Shown here: one piece after another, positions 14,601-28,500 of the stretch
Position numbering within the stretch: position 1 is the stretch's first letter
Layout of the letters: every line of letters begins with the position of its first letter
Assembly: GCA_964016885.1 (NCBI GenBank)
Contig: OZ024740.1
Coordinates: 108,686,001 to 108,750,000 of the forward strand
Length of the DNA stretch: 64,000 nucleotides
Direction: 5' to 3'
Origin: Eledone cirrhosa
Taxonomy: Eukaryota
Program-made: the position numbers and the translations under genes
Notes under the pieces: generated by a model
What the model was told of the DNA's origin: nothing
What the model saw: only the letters and a program-made list of their open reading frames with translations
Database searches by the model: none

Positions 14601-16500
14601 AAATGGTTGATGACATAGGCAGTATCATCATTAGAAATATAGTAATGAAAGGGTTGATGACATAGGCAGTGTCTTTCATTAGAAATATTGTACTGAATGG
14701 ATTAATGACATAGGCAGTGTCTTTCATGAGAAATATAGTATTGAAAGGGTTGATGACATAGGCAGTGTCTTTCATTAGAAATATAGTAATGAAAGGGTTG
14801 ATGACATAGGCAGTATCATCATTAGAAATATAGTAATGAAAGGGTTGATGACATAGGCAGTGTCTTTCATTAGAAATATTGTAATGAAAGGGTTGATGAC
14901 ATAGGCAGTGTCTTTCATTAGAAATATAGTAATGAAAGGGTTGATGACATAGGCAGTGTCTTTCATTAGAAATATAGTAATGAAAGGGTTGATGACATAG
15001 GCTGTGTCTTTCATTAGAAATATTGTAATGAAAAGGTTGATGACATAGGCAGTGTCTTTCATTAGAAATATAGTAATGAAAGGGTTGATGACATTTGCAG
15101 TGTCTTTCATTAGAAATATAGTAATGAAAGGGTTAATGACATAGGCAGTGTCTTTCATTAGAAATGAGGTAAGTAAAGGGTTGATGACATAGGCAGTGTC
15201 TTTCATTAGAAATATTGTAATGAATGGATTAATGACATAGGCAATGTCATCATTAGAAATATTGTAATGCAAGGGTTCATGACATAGGCAGTGCCTTTCA
15301 TTAGAAATGAGGTAAGTAAAGGGCTGATGACATAGGCAGTGTCTTTCATTAGAAATATTGTACTGAATGGATTAATGACATAGGCAGTGTCATCATTAGA
15401 AATATAGTACTGAAAGGGTTGATGACATAAGCAGTGTCTTTCATTAGAAATATTGTAATGAAAGGGTTGATGACATAGGCAGTGTCATCATTAGAAATAT
15501 AGTAATGAAAGGGTTGATGACATAGGCAGTGTCTTTCATTAGAAATATTGTAATGAAAGGGTTGATGACATAGGCAGTGTCTTTCATTAGAAATATTGTA
15601 CTGAATGGATTAATGACATAGGCAGTGTCATCATTAGAAATATTGTAATGAAATGGTTGATGACATAGGCAGTGTCATCATTAGAAATATAGTAATGAAA
15701 GGGTTGATGACATAGGCAGTATCATCATTAGAAATATAGTAATGAAAGGGTTGATGACATAGGCAGTGTCTTTCATTAGAAATATAGTAATGAAAGGGTT
15801 GATGACATAGGCAGTGTCTTTCATTAGAAATATTGTACTGAATGGATTAATGACATAGGCAGTGTCTTTCATTAAAAATATAGTAATGAAAGGGTTGATG
15901 ACATAGGCAGTGTCATCATTAGAAATATAGTAATGAAAGGGTTGATGACATAGGCAGTGTCATCATTAGAAATATAGTAATGAAAGGGTTGATGACATAG
16001 GCAGTGTCTTTCATTAGAAATATTGTACTGAATGGATTAATGACATAGGCAGTGTCATCATTAGAAATATTGTAATGAAAGGGTTGATGACATAGGCAGT
16101 GTCATCATTAAAAATATAGTACTGAAAGGGTTGATGACATAAGCAGTGTCTTTCATTAGAAATATAGTAATGAAAGGGTTGATGACATAGGCAGTGTCAT
16201 CATTAGAAATATAGTAATGAAAGGTTTGATGACATAGGCAGTGTCTTTCATTAGAAATATTGTAATGAATGGATTAATGACATAGGCAGTGTCATCATTA
16301 GAAATATTGTAATGAAATGGTTGATGACATAGGCAGTATCATCATTAGAAATATAGTAATGAAAGGGTTGATGACATAGGCAGTGTCTTTCATTAGAAAT
16401 ATTGTACTGAATGGATTAATGACATAGGCAGTGTCTTTCATGAGAAATATAGTATTGAAAGGGTTGATGACATAGGCAGTGTCTTTCATTAGAAATATAG
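11250..16500. repeat. Higher-order satellite repeat, period 3,330 bp with ~1,616-bp sub-period (ends approximate)
   Basis: Offsets 11254/14584, 11445/14775, 12351/15681, 12968/16298, 13159/16489. Sub-period 12351/13967 and 12968/14584. Confidence 0.8.
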
Positions 16501-19500
16501 TAATGAAAGGGTTGATGACATAGGCAGTATCATCATTAGAAATATAGTAATGAAAGGGTTAATGACATAGGCAGTGTCTTTCATTAGAAATGAGGTAAGT
16601 AAAGGGTTGATGACATAGGCAGTGTCTTTCATTAGAAATATTGTAATGAATGGATTAATGACATAGGCAATGTCATCATTAGAAATATTGTAATGCAAGG
16701 GTTCATGACATAAGCAGTGCCTTTCATTAGAAATGAGGTAAGTAAAGGGTTGATGACATAGGCAGTGTCTTTCATTAGAAATATTGTACTGAATGGATTA
16801 ATGACATAGGCAGTGTCATCATTAGAAATATTGTAATGAAAGGGTTGATGACATAGGCAGTGTCATCATTAGAAATATAGTAATGAAAGGGTTGATGACA
16901 TAGGCAGTGTCTTTCATTAGAAATATTGTAATGAAAGGGTTGATGACATAGGCAGTGTCATCATTAGAAATATAGTAATGAAAGGGTTGATGACATAGGC
17001 AGTGTCTTTCATTAGAAATATTGTACTGAATGGATTAATGACATAGGCAGTGTCATCATTAGAAATATTGTAATGAAAGGGTTGATGACATAGGCAGTGT
17101 CATCATTAGAAATATAGTACTGAAAGGGTTGATGACATAAGCAGTGTCTTTCATTAGAAATATTGTAATGAAAGGGTTGATGATATAGGCAGTATCATCA
17201 TTAGAAATATAGTAATGAAAGGGTTGATGACATAGGCAGTGTCTTTCATTAGAAATATAGTAATGAAAGGGTTGATGACATAGGCAGTATCTTTCATTAG
17301 AAATATAGTAATGAAAGGGTTGATGACATAGGCAGTGTCTTTCATTAGAAATATAGTAATGAAAGGGTTGATGACATAGGCAGTATCTTTCATTAGAAAT
17401 ATAGTAATGAAAGGGTTGATGACATAGGCAGTGTCTTTCATTAGAAATATAGTACTGAAAGGGTTGATGACATAGGCAGTGTCTTTCATTAGAAATATAG
17501 TAATGAAAGGGTTGATGACATAGGCAGTATCTTTCATTAGAAATATAGTAATGAAAGGGTTGATGACATAGGCAGTATCTTTCATTAGAAATATAGTAAT
17601 GAAAGGGTTGATGACATAGGCAGTGTCTTTCATTAAAAATATAGTAATGAAAGGGTTGATGACATAGGCAGTCTCTTTCATTAGAAATATAGTAATGAAA
17701 GGGTTGATGACATAGGCAGTGTCTTTCATATGAAAGGGTTGATGACATAGGCAGTGTCTTTCATTAGAAATATTGTAATGAAAGGGTTGATGACATAGGC
17801 AGTGTCTTTCATTAGAAATATTGTAGTGAAAGGGTTGATGACATAGGCAGTGTCTTTCATTAGAAATATTGTAATGAAAGGGTTGATGACATAGGCAGTG
17901 TCTTTCATTAGAAATATAGTAATGAAAGGGTTGATGACATAGGCAGTGTCTTTCATTAGAAATATTGTAATGAAAGGGTTGATGACATAGGCAGTGTCTT
18001 TCATTAGAAATATTGTAATGAAAGGGTTGATGACATAGGCAGTGTCTTTCATTAGAAATATTGTACTGAATGGATTAATGACATAGGCAGTGTCTTTCAT
18101 TAGAAATATTGTACTGAATGGATTAATGACATAGGCAGTGTCATCATTAGAAATATTGTAATGAAATGGTTGATGACATAGGCAGTGTCATCATTAGAAA
18201 TATAGTAATGAAAGGGTTGATGACATAGGCAGTATCATCATTAGAAATATAGTAATGAAAGGGTTGATGACATAGGCAGTGTCTTTCATTAGAAATATAG
18301 TAATGAAAGGGTTGATGACATAGGCAGTGTCTTTCATCAGAAATATTGTACTGAATGGATTAATGACATAGGCAGTGTCTTTCATTAGAAATATAGTAAT
18401 GAAAGGGTTGATGACATAGGCAGTGTCATCATTAGAAATATAGTAATGAAAGGGTTGATGACATAGGCAGTGTCATCATTAGAAATATAGTAATGAAAGG
18501 GTTGATGACATAGGCAGTGTCTTTCATTAGAAATATTGTACTGAATGGATTAATGACATAGGCAGTGTCATCATTAGAAATATTGTAATGAAAGGGTTGA
18601 TGACATAGGCAGTGTCATCATTAGAAATATAGTACTGAAAGGGTTGATGACATAAGCAGTGTCTTTCATTAGAAATATAGTAATGAAAGGGTTGATGACA
18701 TAGGCAGTGTCATCATTAGAAATATAGTAATGAAAGGGTTGATGACATAGGCAGTGTCTTTCATTAGAAATATTGTAATGAAAGGGTTGATGACATAGGC
18801 AGTGTCTTTCATTAGAAATATAGTAATGAAAGGGTTGATGACATAGGCAGTGTCTTTCATTAGAAATATAGTAATGAAAGGGTTGATGACATAGGCTGTG
18901 TCTTTCATTAGAAATATTGTAATGAAAAGGTTGATGACATAGGCAGTGTCTTTCATTAGAAATATAGTAATGAAAGGGTTGATGACATTTGCAGTGTCTT
19001 TCATTAGAAATATAGTAATGAAAGGGTTAATGACATAGGCAGTGTCTTTCATTAGAAATGAGGTAAGTAAAGGGTTGATGACATAGGCAGTGTCTTTCAT
19101 TAGAAATATTGTAATGAATGGATTAATGACATAGGCAATGTCATCATTAGAAATATTGTAATGCAAGGGTTCATGACATAGGCAGTGCCTTTCATTAGAA
19201 ATGAGGTAAGTAAAGGGTTGATGACATAGGCAGTGTCTTTCATTAGAAATATTGTACTGAATGGATTAATGACATAGGCAGTGTCATCATTAGAAATATT
19301 GTAATGAAAGGGTTGATGACATAGGCAGTGTCATCATTAGAAATATAGTAATGAAAGGGTTGATGACATAGGCAGTGTCTTTCATTAGAAATATTGTAAT
19401 GAAAGGGTTGATGACATAGGCAGTGTCATCATTAGAAATATAGTAATGAAAGGGTTGATGACATAGGCAGTGTCTTTCATTAGAAATATTGTACTGAATG

Positions 19501-22500
19501 GATTAATGACATAGGCAGTGTCATCATTAGAAATATTGTAATGAAAGGGTTGATGACATAGGCAGTGTCATCATTAGAAATATAGTACTGAAAGGGTTGA
19601 TGACATAAGCAGTGTCTTTCATTAGAAATATTGTAATGAAAGGGTTGATGATATAGGCAGTATCATCATTAGAAATATAGTAATGAAAGGGTTGATGACA
19701 TAGGCAGTTTCTTTCATTAGAAATATAGTAATGAAAGGGTTGATGACATAGGCAGTATCTTTCATTAGAAATATAGTAATGAAAGGGTTGATGACATAGG
19801 CAGTGTCTTTCATTAGAAATATAGTAATGAAAGGGTTGATGACATAGGCAGTATCTTTCATTAGAAATATAGTAATGAAAGGGTTGATGACATAGGCAGT
19901 GTCTTTCATTAGAAATATAGTACTGAAAGGGTTGATGACATAGGCAGTGTCTTTCATTAGAAATATAGTAATGAAAGGGTTGATGACATAGGCAGTGTCT
20001 TTCATTAGAAATATAGTAATGAAAGGGTTGATGACATAGGCAGTGTCTTTCATTAGAAATATAGTAATGAAAGGGTTGATGACATAGGCAGTATCTTTCA
20101 TTAGAAATATAGTAATGAAAGGGTTGATGACATAGGCAGTGTCTTTCATTAAAAATATAGTAATGAAAGGGTTGATGACATAGGCAGTCTCTTTCATTAG
20201 AAATATAGTAATGAAAGGGTTGATGACATAGGCAGTGTCTTTCATATGAAAGGGTTGATGACATAGGCAGTGTCTTTCATTAGAAATATTGTAGTGAAAG
20301 GGTTGATGACATAGGCAGTGTCTTTCATTAGAAATATTGTAATGAAAGGGTTGATGACATAGGCAGTGTCTTTCATTAGAAATATAGTAATGAAAGGGTT
20401 GATGACATAGGCAGTGTCTTTCATTAGAAATATTGTAATGAAAGGGTTGATGACATAGGCAGTGTCTTTCATTAGAAATATTGTAATGAAAGGGTTGATG
20501 ACATAGGCAGTGTCTTTCATTAGAAATATTGTAATGAAAGGGTTGATGACATAGGCAGTGTCTTTCATTAGAAATATTGTACTGAATGGATTAATGACAT
20601 AGGCAGTGTCTTTCATTAGAAATATTGTACTGAATGGATTAATGACATAGGCAGTGTCATCATTAGAAATATTGTAATGAAATGGTTGATGACATAGGCA
20701 GTGTCATCATTAGAAATATAGTAATGAAAGGGTTGATGACATAGGCAGTATCATCATTAGAAATATAGTAATGAAAGGGTTGATGACATAGGCAGTGTCT
20801 TTCATTAGAAATATAGTAATGAAAGGGTTGATGACATAGGCAGTGTCTTTCATCAGAAATATTGTACTGAATGGATTAATGACATAGGCAGTGTCTTTCA
20901 TTAGAAATATAGTAATGAAAGGGTTGATGACATAGGCAGTGTCATCATTAGAAATATAGTAATGAAAGGGTTGATGACATAGGCAGTGTCATCATTAGAA
21001 ATATAGTAATGAAAGGGTTGATGACATAGGCAGTGTCATCATTAGAAATATAGTAATGAAAGGGTTGATGACATAGGCAGTGTCTTTCATTAGAAATATT
21101 GTAATGAAAGGGTTGATGACATAGGCAGTGTCTTTCATTAGAAATATAGTAATGAAAGGGTTGATGACATAGGCAGTGTCTTTCATTAGAAATATAGTAA
21201 TGAAAGGGTTGATGACATAGGCTGTGTCTTTCATTAGAAATATTGTAATGAAAAGGTTGATGACATAGGCAGTGTCTTTCATTAGAAATATAGTAATGAA
21301 AGGGTTGATGACATTTGCAGTGTCTTTCATTAGAAATATAGTAATGAAAGGGTTAATGACATAGGCAGTGTCTTTCATTAGAAATGAGGTAAGTAAAGGG
21401 TTGATGACATAGGCAGTGTCTTTCATTAGAAATATTGTAATGAATGGATTAATGACATAGGCAATGTCATCATTAGAAATATTGTAATGCAAGGGTTCAT
21501 GACATAGGCAGTGCCTTTCATTAGAAATGAGGTAAGTAAAGGGTTGATGACATAGGCAGTGTCTTTCATTAGAAATATTGTACTGAATGGATTAATGACA
21601 TAGGCAGTGTCATCATTAGAAATATTGTAATGAAAGGGTTGATGACATAGGCAGTGTCATCATTAGAAATATAGTAATGAAAGGGTTGATGACATAGGCA
21701 GTGTCATCATTAGAAATATAGTAATGAAAGGGTTGATGACATAGGCAGTATCTTTCATTAGAAATATAGTATTGAAAGGGTTGATGACATAGGCAGTGTC
21801 TTTCATTAGAAATATAGTAATGAAAGGGTTGATGACATAGGCAGTATCATCATTAGAAATATAGTAATGAAAGGGTTGATGACATAGGCAGTGTCTTTCA
21901 TTAGAAATATTGTACTGAATGGATTAATGACATAGGCAGTGTCTTTCATTAGAAATATAGTAATGAAAGGGTTGATGACATAGGCAGTGTCTTTCATTAG
22001 AAATATAGTAATGAAAGGGTTGATGACATAGGCTGTGTCTTTCATTAGAAATATTGTAATGAAAAGGTTGATGACATAGGCAGTGTCTTTCATTAGAAAT
22101 ATAGTAATGAAAGGGTTGATGACATTTGCAGTGTCTTTCATTAGAAATATAGTAATGAAAGGGTTAATGACATAGGCAGTGTCTTTCATTAGAAATGAGG
22201 TAAGTAAAGGGTTGATGACATAGGCAGTGTCTTTCATTAGAAATATTGTACTGAATGGATTAATGACATAGGCAGTGTCATCATTAGAAATATTGTAATG
22301 AAAGGGTTGATGACATAGGCAGTGTCATCATTAGAAATATAGTAATGAAAGGGTTGATGACATAGGCAGTGTCTTTCATTAGAAATATTGTAATGAATGG
22401 ATTAATGACATAGGCAATGTCATCATTAGAAATATTGTAATGCAAGGGTTCATGACATAGGCAGTGCCTTTCATTAGAAATGAGGTAAGTAAAGGGTTGA

Positions 22501-25500
22501 TGACATAGGCAGTGTCTTTCATTAGAAATATTGTACTGAATGGATTAATGACATAGGCAGTGTCATCATTAGAAATATTGTAATGAAAGGGTTGATGACA
22601 TAGGCAGTGTCATCATTAGAAATATAGTACTGAAAGGGTTGATGACATAGGCAGTGTCTTTCATTTAAATATAGTAATGAAAGGCTTGATGACATAGGCA
22701 GTGTCTTTCATTAGAAATATTGTAATGAAAGAGTTGATGACATAGGCAGTGTCTTTCATTAGAAATATTGTAATGAAAGGGTTGATGACATAGGCAGTGT
22801 CTTTCATTAGAAATATTGTAATGAAAGGGTTGATGACATAGGCAGTGTCTTTCATTAGAAATATTGCAATGAAAGGGTTGATGACATAGGCAGTGTCTTT
22901 CATTAGAAATATTGTAATGAAAGGGTTGATGACATAGGCAGTGTCTTTCATTAGAAATATAGTAATGAAAGGGTTGATGACATAGGCTGTGTCTTTCATT
23001 AGAAATATTGTAATGAAAAGGTTGATGACATAGGCAGTGTCTTTCATTAGAAATGAGGTAAGTAAAGGGTTGATGACATAGGCAGTGTCTTTCATTAGAA
23101 ATATTGTAATGAATGGATTAATGACATAGGCAATGTCATCATTAGAAATATTGTAATGCAAGGGTTCATGACATAGGCAGTGCCTTTCATTAGAAATGAG
23201 GTAAGTAAAGGGTTGATGACATAGGCAGTGTCTTTCATTAGAAATATTGTACTGAATGGATTAATGACATAGGCAGTGTCATCATTAGAAATATTGTAAT
23301 GAAAGGGTTGATGACATAGGCAGTGTCATCATTAGAAATATAGTACTGAAAGGGTTGATGACATAAGCAGTGTCTTTCATTAGAAATATAGTAATGAAAG
23401 GCTTGATGACATAGGCAGTGTCTTTCATTAGAAATATTGTAATGAAAGGGTTGATGACATAGGCAGTGTCTTTCATTAGAAATATTGTAATGAAAGGGTT
23501 GATGACATAGGCAGTGTCTTTCATTAGAAATATTGTAATGAAAGGGTTGATGACATAGGCAGTGTCTTTCATTAGAAATATTGCAATGAAAGGGTTGATG
23601 ACATAGGCAGTGTCTTTCATTAGAAATATTGTAATGAAAGGGTTGATGACATAGGCAGTGTCTTTCATTAGAAATATTGTAATGAAAGGGTTGATGACAT
23701 AGGCAGTGTCTTTCATTAGAAATATTGTAATGAAAGGGTTGATGACATAGGCAGTGTCTTTCATTAGAAATATAGTAATGAAAGGGTTGATGACATAGGC
23801 AGTGTCTTTCATTAGAAATATTGTAATGAAAGGGTTGATGACATAGGCAGTGTCTTTCATTAGAAATATAGTAATGAAATGGTTGATGACATAGGCAGTG
23901 TCTTTCATTAGAAATATTGTAATGAAAGGGTTGATGACATAGGCAGTGTCTTTCATTAGAAATATAGTAATGAAAGGGTTGATGACATAGGCAGTATCAT
24001 CATTAGAAATATAGTAATGAAAGGGTTGATGACATAGGCAGTGTCTTTCATTAGAAATATTGTAATGAAAGGGTTGATGACGTAGGCAGTGTCTTTCATT
24101 AGAAATATAGTAATGAAAGGGTTGATGACATAGGCAGTGTCTTTCATTAGAAATATTGTAATGAAAGGGATGATGACATAGGCAGTGTCTTTCATTAGAA
24201 ATATAGTAATGAAAGGGTTGATGACATAGGCAGTGTCTTTCATTAGAAATATTGTAATGAAAGGGTTGATGACATAGGCAGTGTCTTTCATTAGAAATAT
24301 AGTAATGAAAGGGTTGATGACATAGGCAGTGTCTTTCATTAGAAATATAGTAATGAAAGGGTTGATGACATAGGCAGTATCATCATTAGAAATATAGTAA
24401 TGAAAGGGTTGATGACATAGGCAGTGTCATCATTAGAAATATAGTAATGAAAGGGTTGATGACATAGGCAGTGTCTTTCATTAGAAATATAGTAATGAAA
24501 GGGTTGATGACATAGGCAGTGTCATCATTAGAAATATTGTAATGCAAGGGTTCATGACATAGGCAGTGCCTTTCATTAGAAATGAGGTAAGTAAAGGGTT
24601 GATGACATAGGCAGTGTCTTTCATTAGAAATATTGTACTGAATGGATTAATGACATAGGCAGTGTCATCATTAGAAATATTGTAATGAAAGGGTTGATGA
24701 CATAGGCAGTGTCATCATTAGAAATATAGTAATGAAAGGGTTGATGACATAGGCAGTGTCATCATTAGAAATATAGTAATGAAAGGGTTGATGACATAGG
24801 CAGTATCTTTCATTAGAAATATAGTATTGAAAGGGTTGATGACATAGGCAGTGTCTTTCATTAGAAATATAGTAATGAAAGGGTTGATGACATAGGCAGT
24901 ATCATCATTAGAAATATAGTAATGAAAGGGTTGATGACATAGGCAGTGTCTTTCATTAGAAATATTGTACTGAATGGATTAATGACATAGGCAGTGTCTT
25001 TCATTAGAAATATAGTAATGAAAGGGTTGATGACATAGGCAGTGTCTTTCATTAGAAATATAGTAATGAAAGGGTTGATGACATAGGCTGTGTCTTTCAT
25101 TAGAAATATTGTAATGAAAAGGTTGATGACATAGGCAGTGTCTTTCATTAGAAATATAGTAATGAAAGGGTTGATGACATTTGCAGTGTCTTTCATTAGA
25201 AATATAGTAATGAAAGGGTTAATGACATAGGCAGTGTCTTTCATTAGAAATGAGGTAAGTAAAGGGTTGATGACATAGGCAGTGTCTTTCATTAGAAATA
25301 TTGTACTGAATGGATTAATGACATAGGCAGTGTCATCATTAGAAATATTGTAATGAAAGGGTTGATGACATAGGCAGTGTCATCATTAGAAATATAGTAA
25401 TGAAAGGGTTGATGACATAGGCAGTGTCTTTCATTAGAAATATTGTAATGAATGGATTAATGACATAGGCAATGTCATCATTAGAAATATTGTAATGCAA

Positions 25501-28500
25501 GGGTTCATGACATAGGCAGTGCCTTTCATTAGAAATGAGGTAAGTAAAGGGTTGATGACATAGGCAGTGTCTTTCATTAGAAATATTGTACTGAATGGAT
25601 TAATGACATAGGCAGTGTCATCATTAGAAATATTGTAATGAAAGGGTTGATGACATAGGCAGTGTCATCATTAGAAATATAGTACTGAAAGGGTTGATGA
25701 CATAAGCAGTGTCTTTCATTAGAAATACAGTAATGAAAGGCTTGATGACATAGGCAGTGTCTTTCATTAGAAATATTGTAATGAAAGGGTTGATGACATA
25801 GGCAGTGTCTTTCATTAGAAATATTGTAATGAAAGGGTTGATGACATAGGCAGTGTCTTTCATTAGAAATATTGTAATGAAAGGGTTGATGACATAGGCA
25901 GTGTCTTTCATTAGAAATATTGCAATGAAAGGGTTGATGACATAGGCAGTGTCTTTCATTAGAAATATTGTAATGAAAGGGTTGATGACATAGGCAGTGT
26001 CTTTCATTAGAAATATAGTAATGAAAGGGTTGATGACATAGGCTGTGTCTTTCATTAGAAATATTGTAATGAAAAGGTTGATGACATAGGCAGTGTCTTT
26101 CATTAGAAATGAGGTAAGTAAAGGGTTGATGACATAGGCAGTGTCTTTCATTAGAAATATTGTAATGAATGGATTAATGACATAGGCAATGTCATCATTA
26201 GAAATATTGTAATGCAAGGGTTCATGACATAGGCAGTGCCTTTCATTAGAAATGAGGTAAGTAAAGGGTTGATGACATAGGCAGTGTCTTTCATTAGAAA
26301 TATTGTACTGAATGGATTAATGACATAGGCAGTGTCATCATTAGAAATATTGTAATGAAAGGGTTGATGACATAGGCAGTGTCATCATTAGAAATATAGT
26401 ACTGAAAGGGTTGATGACATAAGCAGTGTCTTTCATTAGAAATATAGTAATGAAAGGCTTGATGACATAGGCAGTGTCTTTCATTAGAAATATTGTAATG
26501 AAAGGGTTGATGACATAGGCAGTGTCTTTCATTAGAAATATTGTAATGAAAGGGTTGATGACATAGGCAGTGTCTTTCATTAGAAATATTGTACTGAATG
26601 GATTAATGACATAGGCAGTGTCTTTCATTAGAAATATAGTAATGAAAGGGTTGATGACATAGGCAGTGTCTTTCATTAGAAATATAGTAATGAAAGGGTT
26701 GATGACATAGGCTGTGTCTTTCATTAGAAATATTGTAATGAAAAGGTTGATGACATAGGCAGTGTCTTTCATTAGAAATATAGTAATGAAAGGGTTGATG
26801 ACATTTGCAGTGTCTTTCATTAGAAATATAGTAATGAAAGGGTTAATGACATAGGCAGTGTCTTTCATTAGAAATGAGGTAAGTAAAGGGTTGATGACAT
26901 AGGCAGTGTCTTTCATTAGAAATATTGTACTGAATGGATTAATGACATAGGCAGTGTCATCATTAGAAATATTGTAATGAAAGGGTTGATGACATAGGCA
27001 GTGTCATCATTAGAAATATAGTAATGAAAGGGTTGATGACATAGGCAGTGTCTTTCATTAGAAATATTGTAATGAATGGATTAATGACATAGGCAATGTC
27101 ATCATTAGAAATATTGTAATGCAAGGGTTCATGACATAGGCAGTGCCTTTCATTAGAAATGAGGTAAGTAAAGGGTTGATGACATAGGCAGTGTCTTTCA
27201 TTAGAAATATTGTACTGAATGGATTAATGACATAGGCAGTGTCATCATTAGAAATATTGTAATGAAAGGGTTGATGACATAGGCAGTGTCATCATTAGAA
27301 ATATAGTACTGAAAGGGTTGATGACATAAGCAGTGTCTTTCATTAGAAATACAGTAATGAAAGGCTTGATGACATAGGCAGTGTCTTTCATTAGAAATAT
27401 TGTAATGAAAGGGTTGATGACATAGGCAGTGTCTTTCATTAGAAATATTGTAATGAAAGGGTTGATGACATAGGCAGTGTCTTTCATTAGAAATATTGTA
27501 ATGAAAGGGTTGATGACATAGGCAGTGTCTTTCATTAGAAATATTGCAATGAAAGGGTTGATGACATAGGCAGTGTCTTTCATTAGAAATATTGTAATGA
27601 AAGGGTTGATGACATAGGCAGTGTCTTTCATTAGAAATATAGTAATGAAAGGGTTGATGACATAGGCTGTGTCTTTCATTAGAAATATTGTAATGAAAAG
27701 GTTGATGACATAGGCAGTGTCTTTCATTAGAAATGAGGTAAGTAAAGGGTTGATGACATAGGCAGTGTCTTTCATTAGAAATATTGTAATGAATGGATTA
27801 ATGACATAGGCAATGTCATCATTAGAAATATTGTAATGCAAGGGTTCATGACATAGGCAGTGCCTTTCATTAGAAATGAGGTAAGTAAAGGGTTGATGAC
27901 ATAGGCAGTGTCTTTCATTAGAAATATTGTACTGAATGGATTAATGACATAGGCAGTGTCATCATTAGAAATATTGTAATGAAAGGGTTGATGACATAGG
28001 CAGTGTCATCATTAGAAATATAGTACTGAAAGGGTTGATGACATAAGCAGTGTCTTTCATTAGAAATATAGTAATGAAAGGCTTGATGACATAGGCAGTG
28101 TCTTTCATTAGAAATATTGTAATGAAAGGGTTGATGACATAGGCAGTGTCTTTCATTAGAAATATTGTAATGAAAGGGTTGATGACATAGGCAGTGTCTT
28201 TCATTAGAAATATTGTAATGAAAGGGTTGATGACATAGGCAGTGTCTTTCATTAGAAATATTGCAATGAAAGGGTTGATGACATAGGCAGTGTCTTTCAT
28301 TAGAAATATTGTAATGAAAGGGTTGATGACATAGGCAGTGTCTTTCATTAGAAATATTGTAATGAAAGGGTTGATGACATAGGCAGTGTCTTTCATTAGA
28401 AATATTGTAATGAAAGGGTTGATGACATAGGCAGTGTCTTTCATTAGAAATATAGTAATGAAAGGGTTGATGACATAGGCAGTGTCTTTCATTAGAAATA